From the IMG/VR virus record IMGVR_UViG_3300027974_001530: a stretch of 64,000 nucleotides of DNA, one strand, 5' to 3'. Of the stretch, positions 9,401 through 19,337 are shown one piece after another; position 1 is the first letter of the stretch, and each line of letters begins with the position of its first letter. Below the pieces are notes generated by a model, which saw only the letters and a program-made list of their open reading frames with translations, did no database searches and was not told the origin of the DNA. The position numbers were made by a program, and so were the translations under genes. This stretch comes from a virus (Duplodnaviria > Caudoviricetes).

Positions 9401-11879
9401 AAAATATTCTTTGATAATCCAATAATGCTTGTGTTAACACATCTCCTGTTATTTCCTCCTCAAAAACTCTATTAATAAGTGACTTATACTGAAGGGTACC
9501 TCCACAATAAAATTTACCTTTATTATTTTCATCAGTATTATCGTCAGGACTAGCTTGTGGGTAGTTAGGGTGTTCAGCTAAAGAATATGTACCAGGTGAA
9601 CTTAATGGAGCTAAGAACGTATTATCTGTTGTTGTTGTTGCGGGATTACCGGCTTCTGACTGCTGGTTATTATATTCATTATTTACTTGTTGGGTTACGG
9701 AACTAATATCAAAATCATCATCAATTTCCGCACTTCCACAGTCGCATGAACAGGCGTTACATTCAGGATAAGATAACATAGGTAATCCAATTCTAGGAAA
9801 ACCTTTTAATCTTACTATGAATACAATTACAAAAGCAAAGAAAACCAAATATAATGCTAATTTAAATACCGCCTGTAATATTTGCCAAGCGGTTCTAAGT
9901 ATTACCCCAATATTAAATACGGGACCTCCTGGAATTGCCGTTGCCGCACTTTCAAGTGCTGATTGTACCGCATCTATGGTTTCCCTAACTTGTATGTATA
10001 AAAAATACAAACATAATATAACTAAAACCCATTTTAAAACAGGCCAAGCCCAAGCTACAAAGTGAGCCACAAATAATAACACTAATATTGGGAATGTTAA
10101 TATGTTTAATAGTAACATCGCCAAGAAATATATAAAATCAAATTTTTGTACCGCATCATTAACAGGGAATGGATTATTTTTAGAAATACACTCTCTATCA
10201 TCAATCTCTTTAATCCCTAAATGTCTTGCTCTAGATATACCGTTCTTATAACGGTCTAAAAACATTGCGGTAGTATAAACCTTATTATAATTAAGTTCAA
10301 AAAATCTATCCTCACAATTGATTGCCTCTTGAATCATTGTGGAATCCCCATAATCGTCCCAATCTAAACTAAATGCGTATGACCTAAAAGAATCGTACGC
10401 AGCCTGATCGTAGAATGTGAATTCAAAGTCTTGTGTTTGAGTTGTGTCTACCGCATTTGAGTTTATTCCTATGTTGGCTCCAGGGGTGTTAATTGGTATA
10501 CTAGTTAAACTTCCTGTATATGGTACACCGTTTATTGTTATAGTAACGTCCTGAGAGTTAACATAAGATTGTAAAATTAATCCACCTGTTTGTGCAGGTA
10601 ATACTATTGCCGGGTTTAAACTTGTTGTGGTACCAGGAACTGAAACCGAATAATTTAAAGGAACACCTAATGTTGGATCCGCGTTTGGTGTTGTTGATGC
10701 CCAACCATACTCTTTAATATTTGGAACTAAGAAATTTGCTCTCAGTATTTCGTTTTGGATTCCTCCGTCATTTTGCCAACTAACTTTAAATCTGTATTTA
10801 CCTTTTGTTGGAATCCCTACTGTGGGGTCCAAAGAAATAATTTGATTACCAAACTCATCAGTAACAATATAATCTAAGTTCATAGGGACTTTTAATAAGT
10901 AAGTTCCGTCACCGTCAATTATTTTACCCCCTTGTTCTATTTCATATTCTTCAAGTGCTGGATACCCATTTCCATCAACATTTATTGTTTGTCTTATTGC
11001 CGATACTCTACCTTGTCCCGCCTTTAATGAACAGAATGTACCTGCCGCCAATGGAACTCTACAATTTGTTTTTAACGCTTGTTCGTCTTGGGTGGTTGCA
11101 ATTGACCCCATAAATGCCGCAGTTGGTTTTATGGTTAAATTTATCTCTTCAGACAAGTCAAAATCTTGTCTTGTAATTCCAATGAAACAAATATCAGGTT
11201 CTCCCCATAATGGTTCAACATTAACTTGTTTAACTAATGTTATAATTTGTGGTAACTCACTTAAATTGTTTGATGATTTAAACTTAGAACCGTTAAATTG
11301 ACTTTCAACCGCAAATCCACTATCTATTAAATCTTGTGGTGTTAACGAAAAACATCCTATGTTTGAAAGGTCAAGGTTCATGACAAGGGTTTGTTGTCCT
11401 GTAGGTACCCCAAAAATCATAAAGTCACCACTATCGTTTGTTGTTACTGTGTACTTATAATATTTGTCATAAACTTCTATTACCGATCTTTCAAGAATTG
11501 CTTCGTCTCTATCAAAGAAACTACCCGTTGGTACGTGACCTAAATACTCAGGAGATTTAGGTAATAAATTATATTTATACCCATCTTCATTTTTATTATT
11601 TAATGTTTTGTAAGGATATAATTCACTTATAATTGGGTTTAACTCATCCTCATTTGTTAACGGTATAAAAACAGATAATTTTGCGTTTGCAAGTCCAAAT
11701 CCTCCATTAACTGAAACTCTACCTGCAATAACACCATAATCGGCACATCTTCTTTCGTATATTTCTGCTTGTGTTAATTTAAGTGATAGTATTTCTATAA
11801 AGTCAAAATCTTGATCAAACTTTAAATTTACAGATTTATCTACACCTATATTAGTTCGTATTCTATATGAATGTGGCAT
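6411..11879 (-). CDS. Very large baseplate-associated protein (1822 aa) with an internal multi-helix hydrophobic segment
   Basis: Follows the baseplate J-like gene; beta-sandwich-like N-terminus (YTVTTNDSGDFMIFGVPTG); hydrophobic stretch at about aa 580-690. Confidence 0.65.
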   Translation of the reverse strand: MPHSYRIRTNIGVDKSVNLKFDQDFDFIEILSLKLTQAEIYERRCADYGVIAGRVSVNGGFGLANAKLSVFIPLTNEDELNPIISELYPYKTLNNKNEDGYKYNLLPKSPEYLGHVPTGSFFDRDEAILERSVIEVYDKYYKYTVTTNDSGDFMIFGVPTGQQTLVMNLDLSNIGCFSLTPQDLIDSGFAVESQFNGSKFKSSNNLSELPQIITLVKQVNVEPLWGEPDICFIGITRQDFDLSEEINLTIKPTAAFMGSIATTQDEQALKTNCRVPLAAGTFCSLKAGQGRVSAIRQTINVDGNGYPALEEYEIEQGGKIIDGDGTYLLKVPMNLDYIVTDEFGNQIISLDPTVGIPTKGKYRFKVSWQNDGGIQNEILRANFLVPNIKEYGWASTTPNADPTLGVPLNYSVSVPGTTTSLNPAIVLPAQTGGLILQSYVNSQDVTITINGVPYTGSLTSIPINTPGANIGINSNAVDTTQTQDFEFTFYDQAAYDSFRSYAFSLDWDDYGDSTMIQEAINCEDRFFELNYNKVYTTAMFLDRYKNGISRARHLGIKEIDDRECISKNNPFPVNDAVQKFDFIYFLAMLLLNILTFPILVLLFVAHFVAWAWPVLKWVLVILCLYFLYIQVRETIDAVQSALESAATAIPGGPVFNIGVILRTAWQILQAVFKLALYLVFFAFVIVFIVRLKGFPRIGLPMLSYPECNACSCDCGSAEIDDDFDISSVTQQVNNEYNNQQSEAGNPATTTTDNTFLAPLSSPGTYSLAEHPNYPQASPDDNTDENNKGKFYCGGTLQYKSLINRVFEEEITGDVLTQALLDYQRIFSGYDLIDSTNLYKLHAPQPFLFGAEKSVGSDERWFAYPTKETYPQKLNEFNTRDKYFKNSPSGGANSGVNKVKTKVNPSLVGTPSDPFEDQVLVVIAKAGMIQQLGVGEVITFQDPKLSGGWVNLTGATQNQFNNTSITGTTFTGDSVTPIVRTIDYADPASNGSGLLQSTIYVINTGQTDYYLEYPTDIEYFQVITGYTVNSFTGNTNFSIADLNKFPKKYLLHDIGFVYGDECSVGLLTPALYSSGNAIDAIENSVRNTLEVIILTRGVDPFTPKQEIEYDLSIIFGNSSYGVGPIITGNYYLNYPIQPLSTNNIKPLSHDTVDNTTNNLYFPSLIFDLTPGQYTGFTSTLPYYYLSTDDNSGSYRPDITFPPLSTISSSPYNLFTSSPYNWVIPKYVQDYFVGGTFIGSFSQAGPALNPVIYNFYDSVGSNNDYGTPFDGYNGLYSRAYYRYLTTTVNFLDETKLVMRSDRIPTSTRTQDGNDSQTGYGLHQNNNFYFFKGSGVQSNPSIGGPGTLPTGNYADSTGLVTGLTSTLTCDGLVSLQCYSGSGTGITVNPNCDVPSNRVVKGCYCLLNKKYISQYDEDVKLFLEWKVRYLLMLAACRGVFARVFQNNWINGFLYMPSFNKTSTYANNSVTDPTYNYCKDTVVFDDAQNTFYYRSSPWDRFVNQFIGKPSPTPPNNLAALFINNPGYNDKQIQSPTTIVDLGPRDEFINQICNNENLEGYFANQLKSTSYSDDSDIMQMGFISRLLNQTIIQQMFPVSTNGNQGEGIGVVQFFNSTRGGDRIDGDFAQAISTNSEFKVNPYLEQNYPNNYLFIGDDTQSPSRPIFGIFFQDNNEEKITRKKLTPGIQTYNISPFVGYNYGYPSTQEVPFYKWQITSPSNYIFGTENNNWYTSPFITSGGFYKNKYQSLDFQTSDYFKTTTTQEGHIANFTPGPNPTTVNVTYGAPNTPGLDPILVGAPFHFYFGLNNGFTALDRFIKLYVNNADTNG

Positions 11880-11951
11880 TAATTTCTTTTCTTGATAAAT
11901 AGTTTATTTCCTATTTTAAAAGGATAACCCTTTTATAAAAAAAGGAAATTA

Positions 11952-13793
11952 TCAAGAATATGTTACTGAAGATAAATTAACAACACTTACTCTAATATCT
12001 TTGTTTCCAAATCTAACTTGGTATATTTGCGTTGGGTCAGCAAAAATAGTGTCGGATATCAACTGAATTTCTTTTGTTGATTGATTAGAATATGGTTGTG
12101 ATGTTTGTGATGAAGAATACTGTCCCCCAACTTTGTTAAAGACCTGTATATCCGATATTGACAATACTCCGTTTTCCGCTTGTATTAGTCTTCTTAATTC
12201 AGAAATATTAACATTTTGACCTAATTGTCTTGACGTTGGTGACATATATGTAGATACAATATCTATGATTTTTGCAATTATAGATCCCTGACTTTGTGAA
12301 GAATCTAAAACCACCGCAATGTCAAACCCTAAGTCAATAACATTAGCACTTTCTACAGATATGTAATCATTTATCATTCTATAGTTTGATAAATAATTTG
12401 CAATATTAGTTTTTAATGCGTTTGGAACTACTGATGTAAGTGTCCCACTTGAGTCATAAGAAAGTAATTTTATTTTTATTTTGTTATTTTCCTCTACTAT
12501 CGACACTTTAGATGGTGCCCCAAATTGTGAAGGCATATTTCTTAATAATGAATCATAGTCATTAACCGTTACCGCTCTATTTTGTGATGAGAAGTTGAAA
12601 GAAACAAAATTTCTAATTTCCTCTAATGTTGGTGCTGCCGCTCCACCAACCGCAGCGATCGGGTTTGTACAACTTAATGAGTTTGACGTACTTGTATTAA
12701 GACTCTCAGAAGGACCGTTAACAAAGAAATTACTTTTCTGTACTTGAGTAATAACCCCAACACCGACATTACTTGATATTCCCCCACCAATTCTATACTG
12801 AATAAACAATGTTGAGTTTGATTTAAGTGTACTTCCTAAACCTAAATTATTAACGTATTTGTTTATGTTAATTGATTGTCCATTCCTTGCAAATTCCCTT
12901 AATTGTTCTTCCGCAGAATTATTACCACCACCAAAAGTTAATTTCATAAAACCTTGTGGGGTATATTCTGTAATAAATTTATCACTTGTTGTAATGTATC
13001 TACCGATTTTAATACCAGGAGCATCCGAAGGTTTTGTTGGGTCTTCAACAAAAACTCTGTCTTCAACTAAGGCCCTTACTTCATAAAATCTGTTATTAGG
13101 AGATAAAAAATCTTGATCTGAAGGTACGTTACTATATTGTGATCCGTCTTTTACAATGACACTAGTTACTCCCAACACATTTCTTTCAGGTAAAAATAAC
13201 TCAAAAAATGGTTTAACATCGTTAGGTGTTATAACTCTTTTAAAAACTTTAGTTAAACCATTAAGAACTACTTCTCTTTTGGTTACTGTGTAATTTTGTA
13301 TTGTACCATTTGAATCTATATTTGGTCTTACTATTCTTGAATTTGGTTGTCCTTCTCCATTATATTGAGATGAAAAATCTATATCATACACAGTTTCATA
13401 TGATTGACCTGCACCATTAACTTGAGTACCTCTTCTTAATATACCACAATATCTTATATCTTCCTTATCTCCAAACGCAGGTACAACAATAGAAAAATCA
13501 ACTAATGATATTGATGGTCTTTGTCCCGGTATTTTTAAACCGTATGTTCTTGCAATGTTAAATAATGAAGTCTTTTGTTGTGCGTATTGTAATACAGTCT
13601 CTTGTATACTTCTATCAATTTGAAAATTAAGGTTGTCGGCAACTGCGGCATTTAAATCCATTAAAACGGAAAATACCGAAGCATCATTAAAATTTTGTAT
13701 TAATTCAGGATAATAAGTTTTTACGTAATTAACTAATTCTGTTCTAACTCCTTGAAAATCCCTTGTTGTATATGATATTTTTTTATCTGCCAT
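11952..13793 (-). CDS. Baseplate wedge protein (T4 gp6 / P2 gpJ-like)
   Basis: N-terminal YTTRDFQGVRTELVNYVKTYYPE...DFNDAS-like motif and QNRAVTVNDY motif typical of gp6/J; directly downstream of gp25. Confidence 0.85.
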   Translation of the reverse strand: MADKKISYTTRDFQGVRTELVNYVKTYYPELIQNFNDASVFSVLMDLNAAVADNLNFQIDRSIQETVLQYAQQKTSLFNIARTYGLKIPGQRPSISLVDFSIVVPAFGDKEDIRYCGILRRGTQVNGAGQSYETVYDIDFSSQYNGEGQPNSRIVRPNIDSNGTIQNYTVTKREVVLNGLTKVFKRVITPNDVKPFFELFLPERNVLGVTSVIVKDGSQYSNVPSDQDFLSPNNRFYEVRALVEDRVFVEDPTKPSDAPGIKIGRYITTSDKFITEYTPQGFMKLTFGGGNNSAEEQLREFARNGQSININKYVNNLGLGSTLKSNSTLFIQYRIGGGISSNVGVGVITQVQKSNFFVNGPSESLNTSTSNSLSCTNPIAAVGGAAAPTLEEIRNFVSFNFSSQNRAVTVNDYDSLLRNMPSQFGAPSKVSIVEENNKIKIKLLSYDSSGTLTSVVPNALKTNIANYLSNYRMINDYISVESANVIDLGFDIAVVLDSSQSQGSIIAKIIDIVSTYMSPTSRQLGQNVNISELRRLIQAENGVLSISDIQVFNKVGGQYSSSQTSQPYSNQSTKEIQLISDTIFADPTQIYQVRFGNKDIRVSVVNLSSVTYS

Positions 13794-13797
13794 ACTA

Positions 13798-14256
13798 TTA
13801 AATATTTAAAATAATGAAATCACTACTGTTAAATGCGTCGGAAGTTATTTTATAATCAATCCTAACTCTTGCAGTATGTTCTTTTTGTGAAATGTTTGGT
13901 ACGGTAAACTCTCTTTGATCCTCACCGTTTATAAAAGTACCTTTGTCTTCATACTCTGTTGAGGCGTCTGTAATTAAAACATTAGTAATTAAAACCCCAG
14001 GCATAAATTCCTCAACGGAATCTCTAATTTCAGCCTCTATTTCGGCAAATGTTGGTCCGTCTAATGGTTCAAAAATATATTCATATAATCTTGATCCAAA
14101 ATCAGGTAAATAATATCTACTTCCTTTTCTTGTTAATAATAAATGTATAAGATTAGTTCTAACTTCTTCAGAAGCGTAATCTGTTAAATCTAAATATTTA
14201 CCGTTAAAGGAATCCCTAAAAGGGAAAGTAATCCCGTAAGTTATACCATTTGCCAT
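13798..14256 (-). CDS. Baseplate wedge / sheath initiator (gp25/gpW-like)
   Basis: VRTNLIHLLLTRKGSRYYLPDFGSRLYEYIFEP is the GPW_gp25 signature. Confidence 0.9.
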   Translation of the reverse strand: MANGITYGITFPFRDSFNGKYLDLTDYASEEVRTNLIHLLLTRKGSRYYLPDFGSRLYEYIFEPLDGPTFAEIEAEIRDSVEEFMPGVLITNVLITDASTEYEDKGTFINGEDQREFTVPNISQKEHTARVRIDYKITSDAFNSSDFIILNI

Positions 14257-14293
14257 ATCTAATAAATATAGTATTCGGATATTTTATATAAAT

Positions 14294-14320
14294 AAAAAAA
14301 TCACTGATTTCTCAGTGATT
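14294..14320 (-). terminator. Intrinsic terminator after the RNR-DUF5522 genes
   Basis: 9-bp stem AATCACTGA/TCAGTGATT with 4-nt loop, followed by a U-run on the minus strand; overlaps the TGA of the upstream gene. Confidence 0.7.
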
Positions 14321-14530
14321 CTTTAATCTTGTGTTTCCTCTTTCAGACATAGGTTCATAGGGACAATGTAAACATCCGTTTCCACAACATCTACCCCTTT
14401 TCATATGAAAAGATTCTGTCATTACTATATTACCGTTTTTATCCTTATAAAAGTCAGGTTCAGGAGATTTTTTTGTTATCTCCCGAACATATAACTGTTG
14501 TATCCAATCTTTAGATGCGCTTACTGTCAT
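14312..14530 (-). CDS. Small Cys-rich protein (DUF5522-like)
   Basis: FHMKRGRCCGNGCLHCPY matches the RGxCCGxGCxHCPY motif. Confidence 0.7.
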   Translation of the reverse strand: MTVSASKDWIQQLYVREITKKSPEPDFYKDKNGNIVMTESFHMKRGRCCGNGCLHCPYEPMSERGNTRLKNH

Positions 14531-14540
14531 TTTAATTTTA

Positions 14541-16400
14541 TTATACTATTTCACAAGCCCCACCAGCACAGGCGGCTTCCCCTCTAAGGTCGGTATTATC
14601 TTGTAACTCAATAACTTTTGTAAGATCCACATCTTTTAATGTGTTTAATAATCTATCAAAATCTTCTTTTGTACAATCTTCAAAAGGTGCTTGGGTATAA
14701 GTTCCTCCGTTATAAGGTAATACAGATAGTCCATTATAAAACTTACGGTTATCCCACATCCATTCACCAACTAATTCCCATTCGTCTTCTTTAATTGAAA
14801 CTGTTGCCGATACGTTATGAGTATTTTGTCCTGTTCTATGACCTGGTTTAATCCATTCTTGTGCAACTTTTTTAACTCTTTCCAACATTTGGAATACTGA
14901 TTCGTGTCTTATGATAGCACCTTCAGGGGCTTTTTGTGGTATACCAATTACTGCAGTATCGTGAGGACGGAAAAACTCATCTTCAATCAACTCAGGGTGA
15001 TTAATCGCCAAGTAATTATAGATTGATTCATTTTTACCTACACGGATTCTTCTTAGGTAATAATCGTTATGCCAAGCGTGGATTCCTGACGATGTGCCCA
15101 ATACCAATGATGAGGTTCCGGATGGTTTAACTGTCGTTGATCTTGCAGATTTGTTAATTCCAATAAGACCTGCAACCCTTTCATTTTCTTCTTTAACGGC
15201 TTGAGCCGCCGCTTTCATATCATATCCTAAAACAACACCCGAACCGATTCCTGTCATTCCAACACCAATAAGTGCGTCTTTTTCAGTTGTTCTTTTCCAA
15301 ACGTCTCTTAGGTAATGGAAGTCAGTATAACCTGCTTGTAATGTTCCAATGAATGCGGCCCCTTTAACTCTTTGTTCAAAATCTTCTTGTGATTCAATAT
15401 CAGACGCATTTACTTCACATAAGTTACAGAATTGGTTAGGACGAAGTGCAATCTCACAACAAGGATTAGTTCCCCAATCTTTATCGTTTGACAAATAGAT
15501 ACCAGGTTCTCCTGCTCCTGATAACTCAATACGTTTCCAAAGACCCATAAAGAATTCTTTTGTAATTTTGTGACGAAGAAGTACTGCCGAGTTATTTGCT
15601 CTACCTCTTTGTGCATTTTGTTCCCACCAATTACCTGACTTACAAGAAATCATTTCTTCATCATCAGCCGAGAATAATGAGATAAGTGCCGCTCTTCTAA
15701 TACCACCTGCAAGTACTGCGTCTGCAATATGACATATAATATCGTGAGTTTCAATTGATGTTAATTTTTCACCATCTTTTTTGTTATTTAAAACTTTTGT
15801 TATGTGGTGGATACAATCTTTTAACGGTTGAGGTCCTGGAGCTTTTCCTCCAGAAGTAACCAATAAGGCTCCTTTATGTCGGATATCCGAAAAATCAAAC
15901 ACAGGGGTTGACGCTTTTGTGCCCATATATGACTCAATAAGTACTTTAATTGCGTCTGCCCATCCTTCAATTGAATCTCCAATTAAGTACCTTCTTGTTC
16001 TTGTTGGATTTGGTTTTTTAATTTCTGGTAGTTTATCTACGTGGTGTCTTTGTACCGAGAACCCTACTCCTGTACCTCCTAAAAGTAAGAACATTGTCTC
16101 CGAAAATGCGTCCGTATGGTCAATAGGTAAATAAGCACAGTTATAAACTCTATTTGGTGAAATCTCAATTGGTTTACCTCCAAATTGTAATGATCTCATT
16201 GATGGAAGAATTTTTTTATCATATACCATTTTGTATACGTTTTCAATTTCTTCTTTAATTTGTGGGTATTTTTTTTGGTGCATTTCTTTGTTTCTTGTTA
16301 CCAATTCTTCCCACGATTCCCTTCTATTTAATTCAGGTACAAATTTAGCGTATTTCATATACACCGTAATATCACTCAATATTTTTTGTGAAATATCCAT
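14541..16400 (-). CDS. nrdJ: Class II (adenosylcobalamin-dependent) ribonucleotide reductase, monomeric RTPR type
   Basis: ILPSMRSLQ, NCAY, GGTGVG, TNPCCEI finger loop, FCNLCEVN, TTVKPSGT, C-terminal CAGGAC redox pair; no ATP-cone; no beta subunit nearby. Confidence 0.9.
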   Translation of the reverse strand: MDISQKILSDITVYMKYAKFVPELNRRESWEELVTRNKEMHQKKYPQIKEEIENVYKMVYDKKILPSMRSLQFGGKPIEISPNRVYNCAYLPIDHTDAFSETMFLLLGGTGVGFSVQRHHVDKLPEIKKPNPTRTRRYLIGDSIEGWADAIKVLIESYMGTKASTPVFDFSDIRHKGALLVTSGGKAPGPQPLKDCIHHITKVLNNKKDGEKLTSIETHDIICHIADAVLAGGIRRAALISLFSADDEEMISCKSGNWWEQNAQRGRANNSAVLLRHKITKEFFMGLWKRIELSGAGEPGIYLSNDKDWGTNPCCEIALRPNQFCNLCEVNASDIESQEDFEQRVKGAAFIGTLQAGYTDFHYLRDVWKRTTEKDALIGVGMTGIGSGVVLGYDMKAAAQAVKEENERVAGLIGINKSARSTTVKPSGTSSLVLGTSSGIHAWHNDYYLRRIRVGKNESIYNYLAINHPELIEDEFFRPHDTAVIGIPQKAPEGAIIRHESVFQMLERVKKVAQEWIKPGHRTGQNTHNVSATVSIKEDEWELVGEWMWDNRKFYNGLSVLPYNGGTYTQAPFEDCTKEDFDRLLNTLKDVDLTKVIELQDNTDLRGEAACAGGACEIV

Positions 16401-16426
16401 ATTATTTAAATTTAATTATTTTATTT

Positions 16427-17812
16427 TTATTCAGTTTTTTGATTCTCTCGTTCTTTTCTTTTTTCTAACAATTCTTTAACCCTTTGTCTTTGTCTTTCTT
16501 CTTTTTGTTCTTCAAGACCTAAGAATGTGGTTGTAGATTCGGTATCAATGTCAATCATAGCGTTATCAAATTTGCAATTTTCAAAAACCACACCGTCATC
16601 TCCGACACGAGACTTGGTAATTGCAATTGTGGCTAATTTCATTTCTTTTTGTTGTAACGTTTTTGCTACTGTAATAATAACGTGACCTACTTGAGCCTTT
16701 TTGATTGATCCTCCCATTTGATCGGTTGTAACAACTTGAGAAGATATAGATGCTCTATTACCTTGTGTTGCGGTCCAACCAACAAGATTTAATTCATGAC
16801 ACATAGACTCAAATCCTCTCATAACCGAACCTTCACTTTTCCATTCGTCACCCAAATTTTTATCAGGAACGATACAGTCAATATAATCCAAAACAATCAT
16901 GTCTATCTTAATTCCGTCCGCAATCATTTTTCTGATTTCGTTCTTTATTTGAGTCATTGTTTTAGTATCTGAAGGTAGTTTTTTCAAATCTAATGTGTTT
17001 GGCATTTTTTCTTTGATTTCTTTTACCTTATTCATCACCTCTTCTTTTTTTTCTGATAATTCATCAGGGTGAATCTTTGTCCAAAGGGTAAAATGTTTCC
17101 TTTGTATCACTTTTGGGTTGTCTTCAAAAAATATTTGAAGAACGTTAAATCCTAAGTTAAATGCGTGATTTGAAATCTTTGTGAGGATGGTAGACTTACC
17201 TACTCCTGTTGGCGCCAATATAACACCGATCTCACCTTTTGCTAATCCTCCTTTTAACAACCTATCAATTCCTGGAATTCCCATTGGGATAGGGTGTCTG
17301 TAATCCTCGTCCAAGACTTGGTCTAAATTTGAGAAGACATCCATTGTTGTAGTGTCTTTTGACCCAACAAGTAGGGCTTCTCTAACCAGTTCTTCTAGTG
17401 TGTCATAGTTTTCAAACTCACCACCGTCTATGATTTTTTGTGCCTTTTTCATTACTTTCTGTAACTCTTGTTGTTTACAGAATTTAAGTGCCTTTTCTTG
17501 TACGAAATCTACACCATCGATAGGTGCGTCCTTGATTTTTTTAATTGTGTCAAGAACTACTTTAACTGCGGTTTCTTGTTGTAATTCGGATTTTGCGACT
17601 TGTTCTAAGGTATCAAACGATGGTGTATGCTCGTATTTTGTATAATACTCTTTTACCATCTGAATGATAATCTTAAAGTACTTATTCTCAAAATAATTAT
17701 TTTCAATAACGTCAATAATTGAGTGAGAAAATTCTTTGTCTAAAATGATTTGATTAAGTAATTGTATCTGAAAATTGTTACCGAGATATTCAAAATTTTT
17801 ATTAGTCGCCAT
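16427..17812 (-). CDS. Replicative DNA helicase (DnaB / T4 gp41-like)
   Basis: Walker A APTGVGKS, Walker B IVLDYID, WTATQGNR, KSR motifs. Confidence 0.9.
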   Translation of the reverse strand: MATNKNFEYLGNNFQIQLLNQIILDKEFSHSIIDVIENNYFENKYFKIIIQMVKEYYTKYEHTPSFDTLEQVAKSELQQETAVKVVLDTIKKIKDAPIDGVDFVQEKALKFCKQQELQKVMKKAQKIIDGGEFENYDTLEELVREALLVGSKDTTTMDVFSNLDQVLDEDYRHPIPMGIPGIDRLLKGGLAKGEIGVILAPTGVGKSTILTKISNHAFNLGFNVLQIFFEDNPKVIQRKHFTLWTKIHPDELSEKKEEVMNKVKEIKEKMPNTLDLKKLPSDTKTMTQIKNEIRKMIADGIKIDMIVLDYIDCIVPDKNLGDEWKSEGSVMRGFESMCHELNLVGWTATQGNRASISSQVVTTDQMGGSIKKAQVGHVIITVAKTLQQKEMKLATIAITKSRVGDDGVVFENCKFDNAMIDIDTESTTTFLGLEEQKEERQRQRVKELLEKRKERENQKTE

Positions 17813-17845
17813 AGTTTTTCTTTCTGTTAGTAATGATAAATACTC

Positions 17846-18295
17846 TTACTTTTGAATAAATTGTGGATAGAAATAATTAAATTTTTTACCTGAAAAAATG
17901 TCAGTTAGGTCTGTAAGTACCTGTTTTAACTTTGGCCGTAGATCTACGGTATATCTTACCTTTGGTGGGTACACTTTAGCGTCAAATGATCTCTGACAAA
18001 TTATCATGTTATCAACTTTAACATAAAGGTTAAAGTTTTCAAGTCCTTCTGTAATTGAAGTGTTCAATACATCTGGATTTTCAGTAATCTCATATCTGTT
18101 TTCCAACATATAAACTACCGATCTCATTTTTAAATCATACTTAAGGTCATTACAAAATGTCCTTATATAATCATAAAACTCTTCCGATTTGTGGGCGTGT
18201 TTATTAAACCCTTTTACATTAAAAAATCTTTGTACTACGATGTTGTCATTACACATCAACAAAAATTCTAACTTAGTTACGTCTTGTTCTTTCAT
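17846..18295 (-). CDS. Hypothetical protein in the replication block (149 aa)
   Basis: Tightly packed between the exonuclease and helicase genes on the same strand. Confidence 0.65.
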   Translation of the reverse strand: MKEQDVTKLEFLLMCNDNIVVQRFFNVKGFNKHAHKSEEFYDYIRTFCNDLKYDLKMRSVVYMLENRYEITENPDVLNTSITEGLENFNLYVKVDNMIICQRSFDAKVYPPKVRYTVDLRPKLKQVLTDLTDIFSGKKFNYFYPQFIQK

Positions 18296-18297
18296 TT

Positions 18298-19314
18298 TTA
18301 CTTTTTTGTTCTGTTTCTAAAATTTGTTTTTTCTTTTCTTGATAGTTTTAAAAATGGCTTTAAAAAATTAACCCAAGCATCATCACCCTTTGGTAAATAT
18401 TTAAAGAATCCGTCATCCATCATCATTCTAATTAAGTTCCTGTGACCCCTTCCATCAGGATCCAATGACTCTGAGTAATACGACTGAACTAATTCTTTTC
18501 CTTCTTCGGAAATTAAAGGTTTTGATAAATCAATTAATTTTTCGTTTATTACAAAAAACTCATCTCCAAATATCCCTTCCTTTGTTTTTCCACTTAAAAG
18601 ATTTTTTAAAACCATATTATCTTTTTGTTCTTTAAGTAACTCTTCACCCTTTGTTAAAATATCGGTAAAACTAATTTCCTTTTCAAGTATTTCAGGAAAT
18701 AATTTTATAAAAGTTTTTTCACCAAGATAAAAGATACCATCAATATTATCCGAACTATCACCGGTTAATATCTTATAAGTTTTAACATTATAATGTGGGA
18801 TCTCTGTTTGATCAATTTTGATTGTATCCCCATTTTTAAAGTACTTCTTTGCTTGTGGCGAATAGATACTTACCTTTTCAGAAATAAGTTGTGTGAGGTC
18901 TCTATCTGACGAAAAAATTGTTTTATCCTCGTCTTCAGAAATCTGACAATAATAAGCAATTAGATCATCGGCTTCCGAATTCTCAACATCTAATTGTCTT
19001 ACAAACATTTCTTCAAGATATTGTTTAACCCTTTGTTTTTGGTTTGAGAAGGACTCTTCTCTAAATTCTTCGGGTTTAACGGATTTACGGTTTAATTTAT
19101 ATTTTGGGTATAACAATCTTCTTTGTGAAGAACTTGTTTCTCCGTCCCAAAATACAACCACTTTATTGTAGTTATTTTCTTCAAGGAAACGTCTTACGGT
19201 ATTTAGAAAGTGCCAAATACCGCCAACGTGTTCTCCTTTATTAAAGAAATCTTTTACTCCGTGAAATCCAATTTTTAATAGGTTGTTTCCGTCAACCAAT
19301 AACGTTTTTGTCAT
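18298..19314 (-). CDS. 5'-3' exonuclease / flap endonuclease (Pol I N-terminal, T4 RNase H-like)
   Basis: LLVDGNNL, VFWDG, EADDLIAY, SSDRDLTQL, GDSSDNIDGI acidic catalytic motifs. Confidence 0.9.
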   Translation of the reverse strand: MTKTLLVDGNNLLKIGFHGVKDFFNKGEHVGGIWHFLNTVRRFLEENNYNKVVVFWDGETSSSQRRLLYPKYKLNRKSVKPEEFREESFSNQKQRVKQYLEEMFVRQLDVENSEADDLIAYYCQISEDEDKTIFSSDRDLTQLISEKVSIYSPQAKKYFKNGDTIKIDQTEIPHYNVKTYKILTGDSSDNIDGIFYLGEKTFIKLFPEILEKEISFTDILTKGEELLKEQKDNMVLKNLLSGKTKEGIFGDEFFVINEKLIDLSKPLISEEGKELVQSYYSESLDPDGRGHRNLIRMMMDDGFFKYLPKGDDAWVNFLKPFLKLSRKEKTNFRNRTKK

Positions 19315-19337
19315 TTCTGTTAATTACAGGGTTCTTA

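Noticed and set aside
11905-11948. Terminator between the wedge gene and the 1822-aa gene
   Set aside because: The stem is almost all A-U pairs and there is no clear U-tract; too weak to call.
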